Origin: a virus
Virus record (IMG/VR): IMGVR_UViG_3300049005_000030
Span: 37,154 to 101,153 of that record
Direction: 5' to 3' (one strand)
DNA: 64,000 nucleotides
The notes below the pieces were generated by a model, which was not told where the DNA came from, searched no databases, and was given only the letters and a program-made list of their open reading frames with translations. Shown here piece by piece: positions 55,840-64,000 of this stretch. The translations under genes and the position numbers were made by a program. How positions within the stretch are numbered: position 1 is the stretch's first letter; each line of letters starts with the position of its first letter.

Positions 55840-56013
55840 TCAGCCCTTGCTGGGGTCGGTCGGGCTGTACGGCGTGCGGTCGCTGGCCTCCTTGTGCTCC
55901 TGGAACACCAGCTTGACCTTGGTGTCGGCCTTGCTTCCGGGGCCCGGGTCGGTCACCTTGATCTTGGTGTGCTGGCCGGTGTCCTTGTTCTGCCTGTCGC
56001 CCTTGGCGGTCAT
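55840..56013 (-). CDS. Small Lys-rich protein
   Basis: RBS GAGAGGA after promoter 56046-56075. Confidence 0.45.
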   Translation of the reverse strand: MTAKGDRQNKDTGQHTKIKVTDPGPGSKADTKVKLVFQEHKEASDRTPYSPTDPSKG

Positions 56014-56045
56014 CGCGTGGTCCTCTCGTCGTGCGGAACTTCTCA

Positions 56046-56075
56046 AGCATAGCCGGTCACTCGCCGGTTAGTCAA
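56046..56075 (-). promoter_or_regulatory. Palindrome promoter copy 18
   Basis: TTGACT-18-TATGCT. Confidence 0.8.
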
Positions 56076-56109
56076 TGGGTTTGGTATGCTGATCCGGCAT
56101 CGTGGGCCC

Positions 56110-56158
56110 GAACACGACAAAGCCCCCCGAGCGGCGGCCGGGGGGCTTTGTCGTGTTC
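56110..56158. terminator. Long perfect hairpin terminator
   Basis: GAACACGACAAAGCCCCCC...GGGGGGCTTTGTCGTGTTC 19 bp arms. Confidence 0.75.
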
Positions 56159-56162
56159 GTGA

Positions 56163-56408
56163 TCAGCCGATCTTGGCCAGCATCTCGGCCAGGGTGACGT
56201 CGACAATGGGAACCACCTCGGTCTCCCACAGCTCGGCGATGGTGCAGCCGATCGCGTCGTAGGTGTGGCAAAAGCCTTCCGCGCCTTCGTCGCACTCGGC
56301 GGGCTCGCCGACCGTGTGACCGTGGCCGGCGATGGTGGTGATGTGGTCGCAGTCGAGCTTGACCATGGTGACCGGCGTGGTGGCGATCTGGGTGCCATCG
56401 ATGATCAT
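56163..56408 (-). CDS. Small hypothetical protein
   Basis: RBS GAGGAG; own promoter and terminator. Confidence 0.6.
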   Translation of the reverse strand: MIIDGTQIATTPVTMVKLDCDHITTIAGHGHTVGEPAECDEGAEGFCHTYDAIGCTIAELWETEVVPIVDVTLAEMLAKIG

Positions 56409-56447
56409 CGGGTCTCTCCTCTATGGACTTGTCGAGCAACTGAGGAA

Positions 56448-56477
56448 AGAATAGCCGGTCACTCGACGGTTCGTCAA
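56448..56477 (-). promoter_or_regulatory. Palindrome promoter copy 19
   Basis: TTGACG-18-TATTCT. Confidence 0.75.
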
Positions 56478-56833
56478 CCCTCTTGTTGGCTGGTCGAGCA
56501 ACGCGGATCCACCACCCGATCATGGAACGGCTCGCCCTCGGACGGCAGCATGAAGTTCAGCGTGAGCCCCGCCGACTTGCCGGCTGGACACAGGAACACC
56601 GCGCTACGCCACAGCAGCGTCCCGCCGTGCCACAACGCGATGAACCGCAGTCCATCCGCTTCAGCCACCGGGAACGACACCGACGCGCCCGCCCGCGTCG
56701 CCAGCTGGTCGCCCACCTGGTTCTGTTCGGTGGGGAACGGGTCCGGCACGCCGTGCTCCCAGGAATGCAGCGTGGCCCACAGCTTCCGCTCGGCGGCCGG
56801 CGGCTGTTCGATGTCGTGCACGTTCTCGCCCAT
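56474..56833 (-). CDS. Hypothetical protein
   Basis: MGENVHD start; stop within promoter -35. Confidence 0.35.
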   Translation of the reverse strand: MGENVHDIEQPPAAERKLWATLHSWEHGVPDPFPTEQNQVGDQLATRAGASVSFPVAEADGLRFIALWHGGTLLWRSAVFLCPAGKSAGLTLNFMLPSEGEPFHDRVVDPRCSTSQQEG

Positions 56834-56951
56834 GTCGCCACTGTAGCCGCCGCCCGACCGGCTCACCATCACGTCTCGGCGCGTTGACCTCCCTCGACCA
56901 GGCCGAGCCTGGATACTGGCCGCGACCCACCAGCCCAGCGGAGGACCACCC

Positions 56952-57413
56952 ATGTCGTACTACGACGCCAGCGGCAACCTGCTGAACAAGACGCAGATGC
57001 TCGCGCTGGCCACCACCCAGTCGGCCGAGACCGTCTACCTGTTCAACAGCGACGTCCACCAGAAGTTCACCCCGGACGGCGCGCCGTTCGAGTCCGGCAG
57101 CAAGCTGCTGTTCCACGCGGGCCAGACCGTGAAGCAGAGCGACATCGACGCCCTGTTCCTCACGGCCACCGTGACCACCATCGCGCCCGCCAGTGGCGTG
57201 GCGGCCGGCGGCACCGCCGTGGTCATCACCGGCACCAACCTGGCCGGCGTCGCCGGAGTCACCTTCGGCGGTGTCGCGGCCACCAACGTCAAGGTGGTCA
57301 GCAGCACCCGCGTCACCTGCACCACCCCGGCGCACGCCACCGGCGCTGTCGCCGTCGTCACCAAGGACGACAGCGGCGATGTCACCACCGCTGGTGGCTT
57401 CACCTACGTGTAG
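56952..57413 (+). CDS. IPT/TIG Ig-like domain protein, probable virion decoration
   Basis: RBS GGAGGA; TVTTIAPASG..AGGT.V.ITGTNL...VTFGG...GFTY. Confidence 0.85.
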   Translation: MSYYDASGNLLNKTQMLALATTQSAETVYLFNSDVHQKFTPDGAPFESGSKLLFHAGQTVKQSDIDALFLTATVTTIAPASGVAAGGTAVVITGTNLAGVAGVTFGGVAATNVKVVSSTRVTCTTPAHATGAVAVVTKDDSGDVTTAGGFTYV

Positions 57414-57435
57414 TCGACAGAGGTAGCCTGCGCCC

Positions 57436-57981
57436 ATGTCCAGCGACACGAGCAGGGAACGGGAGCTGGCGCTGTCCTCCGCGCTGGAATTCGCCCGCGA
57501 CCGGGCCGACATCGGGTACGCCGACCTGGTCGCGGGCGCGGACAAGATTTATCGCTGGCTGATCGGGCCAGTGTTCATTCGATCCAGGTTCAGCGTGGTT
57601 CGGGCGCAAGGCTCTGAACCCACCGGTCAGGAAGGTCCCGAAGTGCCCCAGATCAAGGACGACCAGGAATTCGACTGGATCATCGACGAGTTCGACACCA
57701 AGGGTGTCGAGGTCGGCGACCGTCCCGATGACACGACCGACGACCCCACGTTCACCGTGGATGTCGAGGGCGCGCTGCTGCTCACGGTCGACCCCGAGAA
57801 CCCGCGCAAGGTCACCATCGGCGGCGCCAATCAGACCGGCTCGTTCGTGGTCACCTGCGACCCGCACATCTTCGGGTTCGCGCCGCTGACGAAGGCCGTC
57901 GACGTGGTCGCTGGCGACGCGGCCACCGCGACCTCCACGGAGAGCGAAGTCCGCCCGCAGACCCCGGCCAGCCAGGGCTGA
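57436..57981 (+). CDS. Hypothetical protein with acidic beta-rich C-terminal domain
   Basis: 181 aa; possible internal GTG 57643 with RBS AGGAAGG. Confidence 0.5.
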   Translation: MSSDTSRERELALSSALEFARDRADIGYADLVAGADKIYRWLIGPVFIRSRFSVVRAQGSEPTGQEGPEVPQIKDDQEFDWIIDEFDTKGVEVGDRPDDTTDDPTFTVDVEGALLLTVDPENPRKVTIGGANQTGSFVVTCDPHIFGFAPLTKAVDVVAGDAATATSTESEVRPQTPASQG

Positions 57982-57992
57982 GCACGACACAC

Positions 57993-58032
57993 GACGGCCC
58001 CCGATCCGCAGGCGCGCGGGATCGGGGGCCGT
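57993..58032. terminator. Hairpin between convergent genes
   Basis: ACGGCCCCCGATCC...GGATCGGGGGCCGT. Confidence 0.65.
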
Positions 58033-58040
58033 TGGCGATC

Positions 58041-58781
58041 CTAGGCCCGGTGCGGCACCGGCGCGACCACGTCGCCCTGCTGGCCGAGCAGGTAGGCCAT
58101 GTCGCGCACGTGCATCCGGAACCGGCCCCGGTCGCCCCACCCCTTCCCCCACGAGTTGTCCAGGGTGATGACACCGTTGTCCAAAGTCGAGCCGGGCTCG
58201 AATTCGCGGCACAGGTACTCGTGGCCGCCCTGCACGCTGCCGGCGACGGGGACGAAACCACGCGAGTCAGGCTGGTCCATACCGGACAGCCACACCGTGC
58301 CGATGATCACCGGCGCGGTCTGCAACGCGGTCAACAGCCCGGTCACGCTGAACGCGTGCTGGTAGCCGTCGATCAGGCCGCGCGCCCGCAGCACCTTGGC
58401 GATAGCCAGGCCGGACGACCCGGTGTCCATGGGCGGGTAGCTGCCGGGCACGTCGTCGCGGTGGGTCGCGTCGCTGTACAGCTTGACCGCGTACGCCTCG
58501 TCCAGGCCAAGCCCGCGCACCGGCCGGGACAGCGCGAACGGCTCGCAGGCCAGCATCCCGGTACCCGCGTTGCCGGTGCAGCTGCCGAGCTGGCCCTGGT
58601 CCAAGATGTTGCTGTGACGCCGGTGGAACACGCCTTCGTAGGCGTGTTCGGGACCCCGGTCGGCGGTGGCATAGGCCCGCGAGCGCGGGTCGTGCTCGAT
58701 GAACCGGCCCAGCAGCCGCTCGGCGCGCGGCTGACCGTGGATGAACGCGATCAGCGGGGCGTGATCGTAGACAGTCGTCAT
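58041..58781 (-). CDS. Papain-like (C1) cysteine peptidase
   Basis: LDQGQLGSCTGNA, GGHEY, NSWG..WG..GRF catalytic Cys/His/Asn. Confidence 0.85.
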   Translation of the reverse strand: MTTVYDHAPLIAFIHGQPRAERLLGRFIEHDPRSRAYATADRGPEHAYEGVFHRRHSNILDQGQLGSCTGNAGTGMLACEPFALSRPVRGLGLDEAYAVKLYSDATHRDDVPGSYPPMDTGSSGLAIAKVLRARGLIDGYQHAFSVTGLLTALQTAPVIIGTVWLSGMDQPDSRGFVPVAGSVQGGHEYLCREFEPGSTLDNGVITLDNSWGKGWGDRGRFRMHVRDMAYLLGQQGDVVAPVPHRA

Positions 58782-58880
58782 GCGGGGTAGCCTGCGGGGC
58801 ACGTGGCCGCATGGGGATGCCGACACGCCGATGCCCCGCCTGTGGCCTGGCGGGGCATCGGGCATTTCGGGACCAGTCGG

Positions 58881-59315
58881 TCAGACGATCTTGACCCGCT
58901 GGACTGGGTAGTTCAGGCCGAACACGCCGGGGGCAGTCCTGAAGCCCCGGCCGGCGATCCGGAAGGCGTCGCCGCCGACGTTGATGCGGGCCAGCGCGTG
59001 CGAGATATGCACGGTGTAGTTGATCGGGGCGCTGGTGGCCACGGTCTCCCGGGTGCCCAGGTCGTAGACCTCGACCGCATAGCGGTCGCCGTCGGGGTTC
59101 TCGGGTGCGTCGACCAGGCGGGCGCCGTACAGCGTCGGCAGGGCGCGCGAGTCCTCGTCCAGCTCGGCCAGCAGCCCGACCACCACGTGCAGGTCACGGT
59201 AAACCTTGTTCAGGGTGACGCCGGGGCTGACGTCGGCCTGCTTGCTGCGCTGGTCCATGTAGTCCGCGATCGTGCGCACGGCCTCGGTGATGCTGCTGGC
59301 GGTCGGGGTGGCCAT
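58881..59315 (-). CDS. Hypothetical protein
   Basis: RBS GAGGAG after promoter 59352-59381. Confidence 0.6.
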   Translation of the reverse strand: MATPTASSITEAVRTIADYMDQRSKQADVSPGVTLNKVYRDLHVVVGLLAELDEDSRALPTLYGARLVDAPENPDGDRYAVEVYDLGTRETVATSAPINYTVHISHALARINVGGDAFRIAGRGFRTAPGVFGLNYPVQRVKIV

Positions 59316-59351
59316 GGTCTTCTCCTCAGGGCGCGTGAGCGGAACAGGGAT

Positions 59352-59381
59352 AGACTAGCCGCTCACGCGTCGACTCGTCAA
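59352..59381 (-). promoter_or_regulatory. Palindrome promoter copy 20
   Basis: TTGACG-18-TAGTCT, one degenerate arm. Confidence 0.72.
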
Positions 59382-60505
59382 CCCCCGCAGCCTGGCGTGG
59401 CCACCGGCGGGATATCGGCCAGCTGCACCGACCACGGGTCCGCGAACAGCTGGGCCGAGTTCTGGTTCTCCACCGGGCTCAGCATCGCGCCGTTCGTCTC
59501 GTGCCAGCCCTGCCACCCCACCACCTTCGGGAAGGCCGAGCGGATCCGATTGATGATCGTCGTGGAGTCCCAGGTGCCGCCGTTGGGCGTGGTGTCGTCC
59601 GGCCCGACCTCGCCGAACAGGATGGGCTTGCCCGTGGCCACCAGGTCCGCATAGGTGTTGGAGTACTTGTTGGGCATCGTCAGCGTGTTCGAGTACAGGT
59701 CCGCGCCCACCAGGTCCACCCAGGACGGCCGGCCGAACGAGCACGCCGAGTCCCAGTCCAGCGCGTTGCAGCTGTGCATCCACAGGATCTTCACGGTGCT
59801 CACCTGCGCGGTCACGTAGTCGCGCAAGTCCGTGGTCAGCTGCACCAGCTGGGCGGACCGGGTGGCGTTCGACACGGTCCGGTCCATACCCCACCAGAAG
59901 TAGCTGCCGTTGCTCTCGTGGAACGGCCGGAACGCGATCGTGGCCCCAACCGGCAGCCTGTTCAGGAACGCCACCAGCCTGTCCACCTCCGCCCACCAGG
60001 CGGTGCGCGCCGAGCTGGCCGGGGCCGAGGCGTACAGCGCGGGCAGGCTCGGCTTGGCCGCGTCCGCGTTGGACACCCAGGCCGAGGAGATGGTGCGCGA
60101 GCCGGCGCGCGCCGTCGGGTTCGCCGGGTGGATGTCCATCAGCACCAGGCCGCCCGCGTTGAGCTGCTGCGCCATGCGGTCGGCGAGACCGGCCTGGAAC
60201 GCGTAGCTGTCGTCCGCGCCGGTCAGCGCGACGGTGCCGAGGATGGCCTGGCCGCGCGCATAGTCGGTGGTGCCGTCGGCGGCCGACTCCCACTCGGGGA
60301 GATGCTGACCGGTCAGCACGCGCTTGTCGGACCGGGAGGTCAGGCTGTTCAGGTAGGCCAGCCACTGCGCCGGGGAGCGGTAGGCGGCCGTGGCCGCCGT
60401 GGCGGCCGGCGCGGTGGAGCGCGGCACTGCCGCCAACACCGCCGGAGACAGCGCGAGCAGGGTGGCCAGGGCGGCCACCACACTGCGAGTGCGAAGAATT
60501 CTCAT
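59378..60505 (-). CDS. Secreted glycoside hydrolase family 26
   Basis: Signal peptide; FRPFHESNG.YFWWG, DLVGADLY, KPILFGEVG. Confidence 0.85.
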   Translation of the reverse strand: MRILRTRSVVAALATLLALSPAVLAAVPRSTAPAATAATAAYRSPAQWLAYLNSLTSRSDKRVLTGQHLPEWESAADGTTDYARGQAILGTVALTGADDSYAFQAGLADRMAQQLNAGGLVLMDIHPANPTARAGSRTISSAWVSNADAAKPSLPALYASAPASSARTAWWAEVDRLVAFLNRLPVGATIAFRPFHESNGSYFWWGMDRTVSNATRSAQLVQLTTDLRDYVTAQVSTVKILWMHSCNALDWDSACSFGRPSWVDLVGADLYSNTLTMPNKYSNTYADLVATGKPILFGEVGPDDTTPNGGTWDSTTIINRIRSAFPKVVGWQGWHETNGAMLSPVENQNSAQLFADPWSVQLADIPPVATPGCGG

Positions 60506-60570
60506 ACCGTCCATGGTGGACAGCGCACGGCCCCCGGCTCGGGAACCGGGGGCCGTGTCGCGGACGAGAA

Positions 60571-60867
60571 CTACTCCTCGTCGGGCTCGAACTGGCCGAA
60601 CAACTCGTCGGCCTGCGCGCTGTCCAGCTCGATCTCGTGTCGCGTGCCATCGGCCACCAGGTTGACGGTCCACCCGTCGTGGTGGCTGCCGTCGGGCCGG
60701 GTGCGACCCAGGCTGATGCCGTCGACGACGCCGGTGTGCTCCGCGCCGTCGCGGCCGGTGATGGTCACCTCGTGGCCCAGCATCGGCGCGCCCATGCGGC
60801 CGAGGCCGGCGGCCAGCGACTGCACGGCCTGGCTGATCACGTCATCCATCTCCGGGTTGGCGTTCAC
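60571..60867 (-). CDS. Hypothetical protein
   Basis: Coupled; followed by hairpin 60526-60557. Confidence 0.5.
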   Translation of the reverse strand: MNANPEMDDVISQAVQSLAAGLGRMGAPMLGHEVTITGRDGAEHTGVVDGISLGRTRPDGSHHDGWTVNLVADGTRHEIELDSAQADELFGQFEPDEE

Positions 60868-61205
60868 GCCATCCCCCGCGACAGCTCGTAGAGGACTTCC
60901 CAGTCGATGTCACAGGTGCAGCCCACGGTGTAGCCGGTGCACCCGTACTGGCCGCCGTGGCAGCCGGGGCAGGTGCACGGCTCATCCGGGCCGTGTGGGC
61001 AGGCGTCGGTCATTCTTCGGTGGTGCTCGACCACCTCGTCCGACATCGGCGGGAAGCAGGTGCATCCGGCGTGTTCGGCGCTGAACGCGACCGCGCCGGT
61101 CTGGTCGGTCAGCTTGTGCGCGCCGCAATTGCACACCACGAACCGGTCGGTGAAGCCGTGGCCGGGCTGGAAGATCACCCGGTAGGGCCGGGTGGGCGCG
61201 GTCAC
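60864..61205 (-). CDS. Cys/His-rich hypothetical protein
   Basis: More than ten Cys in 113 aa. Confidence 0.5.
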   Translation of the reverse strand: MTAPTRPYRVIFQPGHGFTDRFVVCNCGAHKLTDQTGAVAFSAEHAGCTCFPPMSDEVVEHHRRMTDACPHGPDEPCTCPGCHGGQYGCTGYTVGCTCDIDWEVLYELSRGMA

Positions 61206-61528
61206 TCGCGGCCGCCGAACAAGATGGAGATGCCGCCCTTGTAGAGGTCGTCGACGGTGAAGCCGTCGGGGAACCGGATCTCGCCGGTGTACTTGGTGTG
61301 CTGGCTCAGGTAGCGGTCTTCGTCGTCGTTGCCGAACTCGACCAGCACGTCCACCTGGTCTTCGGTCAGCTCGCGGTCGGTGTCGAGGGTGTACTGATCG
61401 TCGGTGTCTTCGATGTACGCGGCGAGGTCGTCCAGGGCGGCCCCGTTGCCGTTGAGCAGGATCCAGGAGTGGGCGGTCTCGCCCTCGTTCTCGTTGACCT
61501 CGGTGAAGCGGACGAACTTCCTGGTCAT
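61202..61528 (-). CDS. Acidic hypothetical protein
   Basis: F.E.NENEGE...W; DDLYKGGI; RBS GAAAGG. Confidence 0.6.
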   Translation of the reverse strand: MTRKFVRFTEVNENEGETAHSWILLNGNGAALDDLAAYIEDTDDQYTLDTDRELTEDQVDVLVEFGNDDEDRYLSQHTKYTGEIRFPDGFTVDDLYKGGISILFGGRE

Positions 61529-61565
61529 GGGGATGCCTTTCGCTGGTCGGTCACCGGACCACTCC

Positions 61566-61595
61566 AGTATAGCCGGTGACAGGGCGGCTAGTCTA
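61566..61595 (-). promoter_or_regulatory. Palindrome promoter copy 21
   Basis: TAGACT-18-TATACT, perfect arms. Confidence 0.78.
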
Positions 61596-61714
61596 TTGCC
61601 TCTTTCGGGTGACACCCATCACAACCCCGTATCCGCGCGTGACCCATCGCGACACGCCGGACATAGAACAGCCCCGGAGACGCATCCCCGGGGCTGCCAC
61701 CTACAACAACCCAA

Positions 61715-62083
61715 TCAGTCCAAGGGCAGCTCGAACGTCGCCGACACCTCGCCCGTGCGGTGCTCCACCCAGTCACGGAACCGCACCACCGGCTCGAACT
61801 CCGACCGCGCCAACCTCGCCACCCCGTCGGTGTCCAGGGCATTGATCGCGTGGTGTGTCTGGGTACCGGGGTCGTAGCGACCCACCAGATAGGCCACCAG
61901 CGGCACATGCGGCTCGACCTGCGTCACCGGCTCCCCGATGTCGTACAGCGCCCACACGGCGTAGTCGCCGTCCGGGTCGTCCCATGCGCTGTAGGCCGCG
62001 CCCACCACCTGGCCGTGCTTGGACGGCGCGGCCTGCACCAGCATTGCCAGCGTGGCCACCACCGCCTTGGTGATCTCGATCAT
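61715..62083 (-). CDS. Hypothetical protein
   Basis: RBS GGGAGG; followed by hairpin 61669-61696. Confidence 0.5.
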   Translation of the reverse strand: MIEITKAVVATLAMLVQAAPSKHGQVVGAAYSAWDDPDGDYAVWALYDIGEPVTQVEPHVPLVAYLVGRYDPGTQTHHAINALDTDGVARLARSEFEPVVRFRDWVEHRTGEVSATFELPLD

Positions 62084-62604
62084 GAATTGCCCTCCCGATT
62101 CGTGAACGCCTTGCCCATCTCCGCGCGCCACACCTGGTCAGCCACACCGGCCACGATCAGCGCCGCAGACTTCACCCGATACGCCATGCCCTCCGGCATC
62201 TCCGCGAACACCGGCCGCACATAGCCGTAGGGGTCCTGCTCGGCCGGCACATCCGCGACGGCATAGGCCATATCCATCGCGTACATGGCCGGAGTCGTCG
62301 CCCGAGGCATGTTGTTGACGACGAACCGGTTCACCCACGCGGGCCCGCTGTCGCTGAACGTCACCGCGCCGGCCGCCGAGCACACCCTGCCATCGCGGTC
62401 CACCTTCATGCCGGACACCGTGGTCGAGCAGTAGAGCATCTCGCCCCGCGAACCGCCCTCGTCCACCCGCTCGTACCGCACCTCGATCCGGTCCGGCCGC
62501 ACCCAGCGGCCCGGCTGCGCCGGAATCGGGATGTTCCCCACATCCGCCACGAACGCGGTCACCACCACCGTCGTGCGCGTGTGCATGCCCATTGGGCCCT
62601 TCAC
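62080..62604 (-). CDS. Paralog family member 4
   Basis: RPDRIEVRY...VSG...PAWVNRFV.NNMP. Confidence 0.55.
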   Translation of the reverse strand: MKGPMGMHTRTTVVVTAFVADVGNIPIPAQPGRWVRPDRIEVRYERVDEGGSRGEMLYCSTTVSGMKVDRDGRVCSAAGAVTFSDSGPAWVNRFVVNNMPRATTPAMYAMDMAYAVADVPAEQDPYGYVRPVFAEMPEGMAYRVKSAALIVAGVADQVWRAEMGKAFTNREGNS

Positions 62605-62945
62605 CGCGCCACCTCCGGCGCCGGCCGGCGGTCCGGGTGATTCGCGGTGGCGAACTCCCGCGCCCACTGTGGCGCCTCGTCTAGGGACTGCCGCAGCCCC
62701 TGACCGTAATGCGCAGCATCGAACTGCGAACCCAGCTCGCGTTCCGTTTTCTTCAGCACGCGCGGGCCCCTGATGTTGATGCCGCAGAGGTGCCAGCCGC
62801 TGGGATCGATCGCGTAGAAAGCCGTGATGGAACGCGGTGAGAACTTCCCAGGTCGATTACCCACCGTTCCTAGCATGTCGTCCTCGGGTTCTGCGACGAG
62901 ACTGGCCTGCGCCTCGCTACTGCGCCGCGCCTTGTCGATCTTCAT
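62601..62945 (-). CDS. Paralog family member 3
   Basis: SPRSITAFY...IRGPR...PQWAREFA.ANHP. Confidence 0.6.
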   Translation of the reverse strand: MKIDKARRSSEAQASLVAEPEDDMLGTVGNRPGKFSPRSITAFYAIDPSGWHLCGINIRGPRVLKKTERELGSQFDAAHYGQGLRQSLDEAPQWAREFATANHPDRRPAPEVAR

Positions 62946-63277
62946 TTTGTCCCTCCCGGCTTGTGAGCCTTCACGAAGTTCTGGACCCACATCGGAGCGC
63001 GGGTCAGGTAGTACTCGGGATGCGACTGCGGCCGCTCGCTCCACCGCGCCTCGACTTCCGGGCCCGGCTGGCCGCCCCGACCCCAGCTCTGCGAGTTGGG
63101 GCCGTGCACGCGGACGTACTCCAGCACGTAACCGTCCGCCTCTTGCCGGTAGACCGCGTGGACGCGTACGGGCTGGAACCACGCCCGGCTACTCACGTTG
63201 CCGCGCAGCGCCGCGCGGTCCTTGTGGTCGACGACCACGTCCGCGCGGGCCTCGACACGGCCACGGGTGAGCCTCAC
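62942..63277 (-). CDS. Paralog family member 2
   Basis: QPVRVHAVY...VHGP...PMWVQNFV.AHKP. Confidence 0.55.
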   Translation of the reverse strand: MRLTRGRVEARADVVVDHKDRAALRGNVSSRAWFQPVRVHAVYRQEADGYVLEYVRVHGPNSQSWGRGGQPGPEVEARWSERPQSHPEYYLTRAPMWVQNFVKAHKPGGTK

Positions 63278-63834
63278 AGCTCGGTCCCCAGTCCAGCCGC
63301 AGCGTCGTGCGCCACCGCCGCCTGCTTGTATCGCTCGGAGCCAGAGCGCGGCGACAGCGCGCGGGCCAGGTCGGGGAACAGCGCCAGCTCTTCCGGGTAG
63401 ACGTTGGCCTTTCCGGCCGGCAGGTCGCGGAGCAGGCGGCACAGCACGTCTCGTTCGCGCGGGGTCAGCTCGCGCGCCATCGGCTCCGACTCGCCGTTGT
63501 AGGCCAGCTGGTCCTCGGCCCACACGCGGGTTGTGCCGACCAGGCTGGGGTTGTTGTCGGCGACAAAGTCCTGGATCCACTGCGGGTGATGCTCCAGGTA
63601 TTGGGTGATCTGGCAGCTGGCCTGCTTCAGGCCGCGCTTGCCGTTGCGCAGGATGCGCTGGCCGCTGATGTCCGCGAACTCGAAGGCCCAGCGACCGTTG
63701 CGGATGCGGTAGACGACAACAATGCGCTCAGGGGTCAGGCGGGTCAGCTGACCACCATGGGTGATGTCCAGCGGCTCGACACCGCTTACCTCGCCGAACG
63801 CTTCTGTGACGTAGTCGGTGCGCCTGACGGTCAT
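63274..63834 (-). CDS. Paralog family member 1
   Basis: TPERIVVVY...ISGQR...PQWIQDFV.DNNP; RBS GAGAGG. Confidence 0.6.
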   Translation of the reverse strand: MTVRRTDYVTEAFGEVSGVEPLDITHGGQLTRLTPERIVVVYRIRNGRWAFEFADISGQRILRNGKRGLKQASCQITQYLEHHPQWIQDFVADNNPSLVGTTRVWAEDQLAYNGESEPMARELTPRERDVLCRLLRDLPAGKANVYPEELALFPDLARALSPRSGSERYKQAAVAHDAAAGLGTEL

Positions 63835-64000
63835 GAGGGATGCCTCTCAAAACGACGGGGCGCCCGGCCGGGTGGCCGGGCGCTGACTGGCTCAGGCCAG
63901 CACGTAGGCCAGGGCGGAGCTGAGGGCCGCCTCGACCGTGCGCGTGCTGTCGACGTCGACGAACTCGGCGTCGTCGCCGGCCCCGACGACCGTGGCCACG

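Noticed and set aside
20544-61595. Dispersed repeat as CRISPR array or integron attC sites
   Set aside because: Irregular spacing, variable core, no cas or integrase gene, and every copy has promoter geometry

Overview
High-GC 64 kb piece of an actinobacterial tailed phage (or prophage/phage-plasmid) with a contractile tail. 1-16.3 kb (+): tail sheath end, tube, chaperone with a probable -1 frameshift, tape measure, LysM, lysozyme/NlpC-P60 hub, spike, baseplate, fibre, and a membrane/holin/collagen block. 16.4-46.1 kb (-): replication/recombination genes (VRR-NUC, UvrD-like helicase, PD-(D/E)XK nuclease, Orn-like and DnaQ-like exonucleases, RepB-like primase, SNF2 helicase, metallophosphoesterase), many small unknown ORFs and an HTH protein. 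46.1-47.1 kb: non-coding strand-switch region rich in CTAG/TGGAC repeats, a candidate origin. 48.0-49.1 kb: promoter-to-terminator non-coding unit with four tRNA-shaped elements with abnormal anticodon arms, separated by other structured domains. 49-64 kb: DUF1906-type endolysin, terminase pair with no portal next to it, WhiB, IPT/TIG protein, papain-like peptidase, secreted GH26 hydrolase and four tandem paralogs. I found 21 copies of one promoter (usually TTGAC, 18 bp spacer, TAnnnT) whose spacer is the palindrome TAGCCG-N9-CGGCTA, all outside the virion operon. I saw no integrase, portal, capsid or DNA polymerase. All calls come from reading motifs by eye; no database searches were run.
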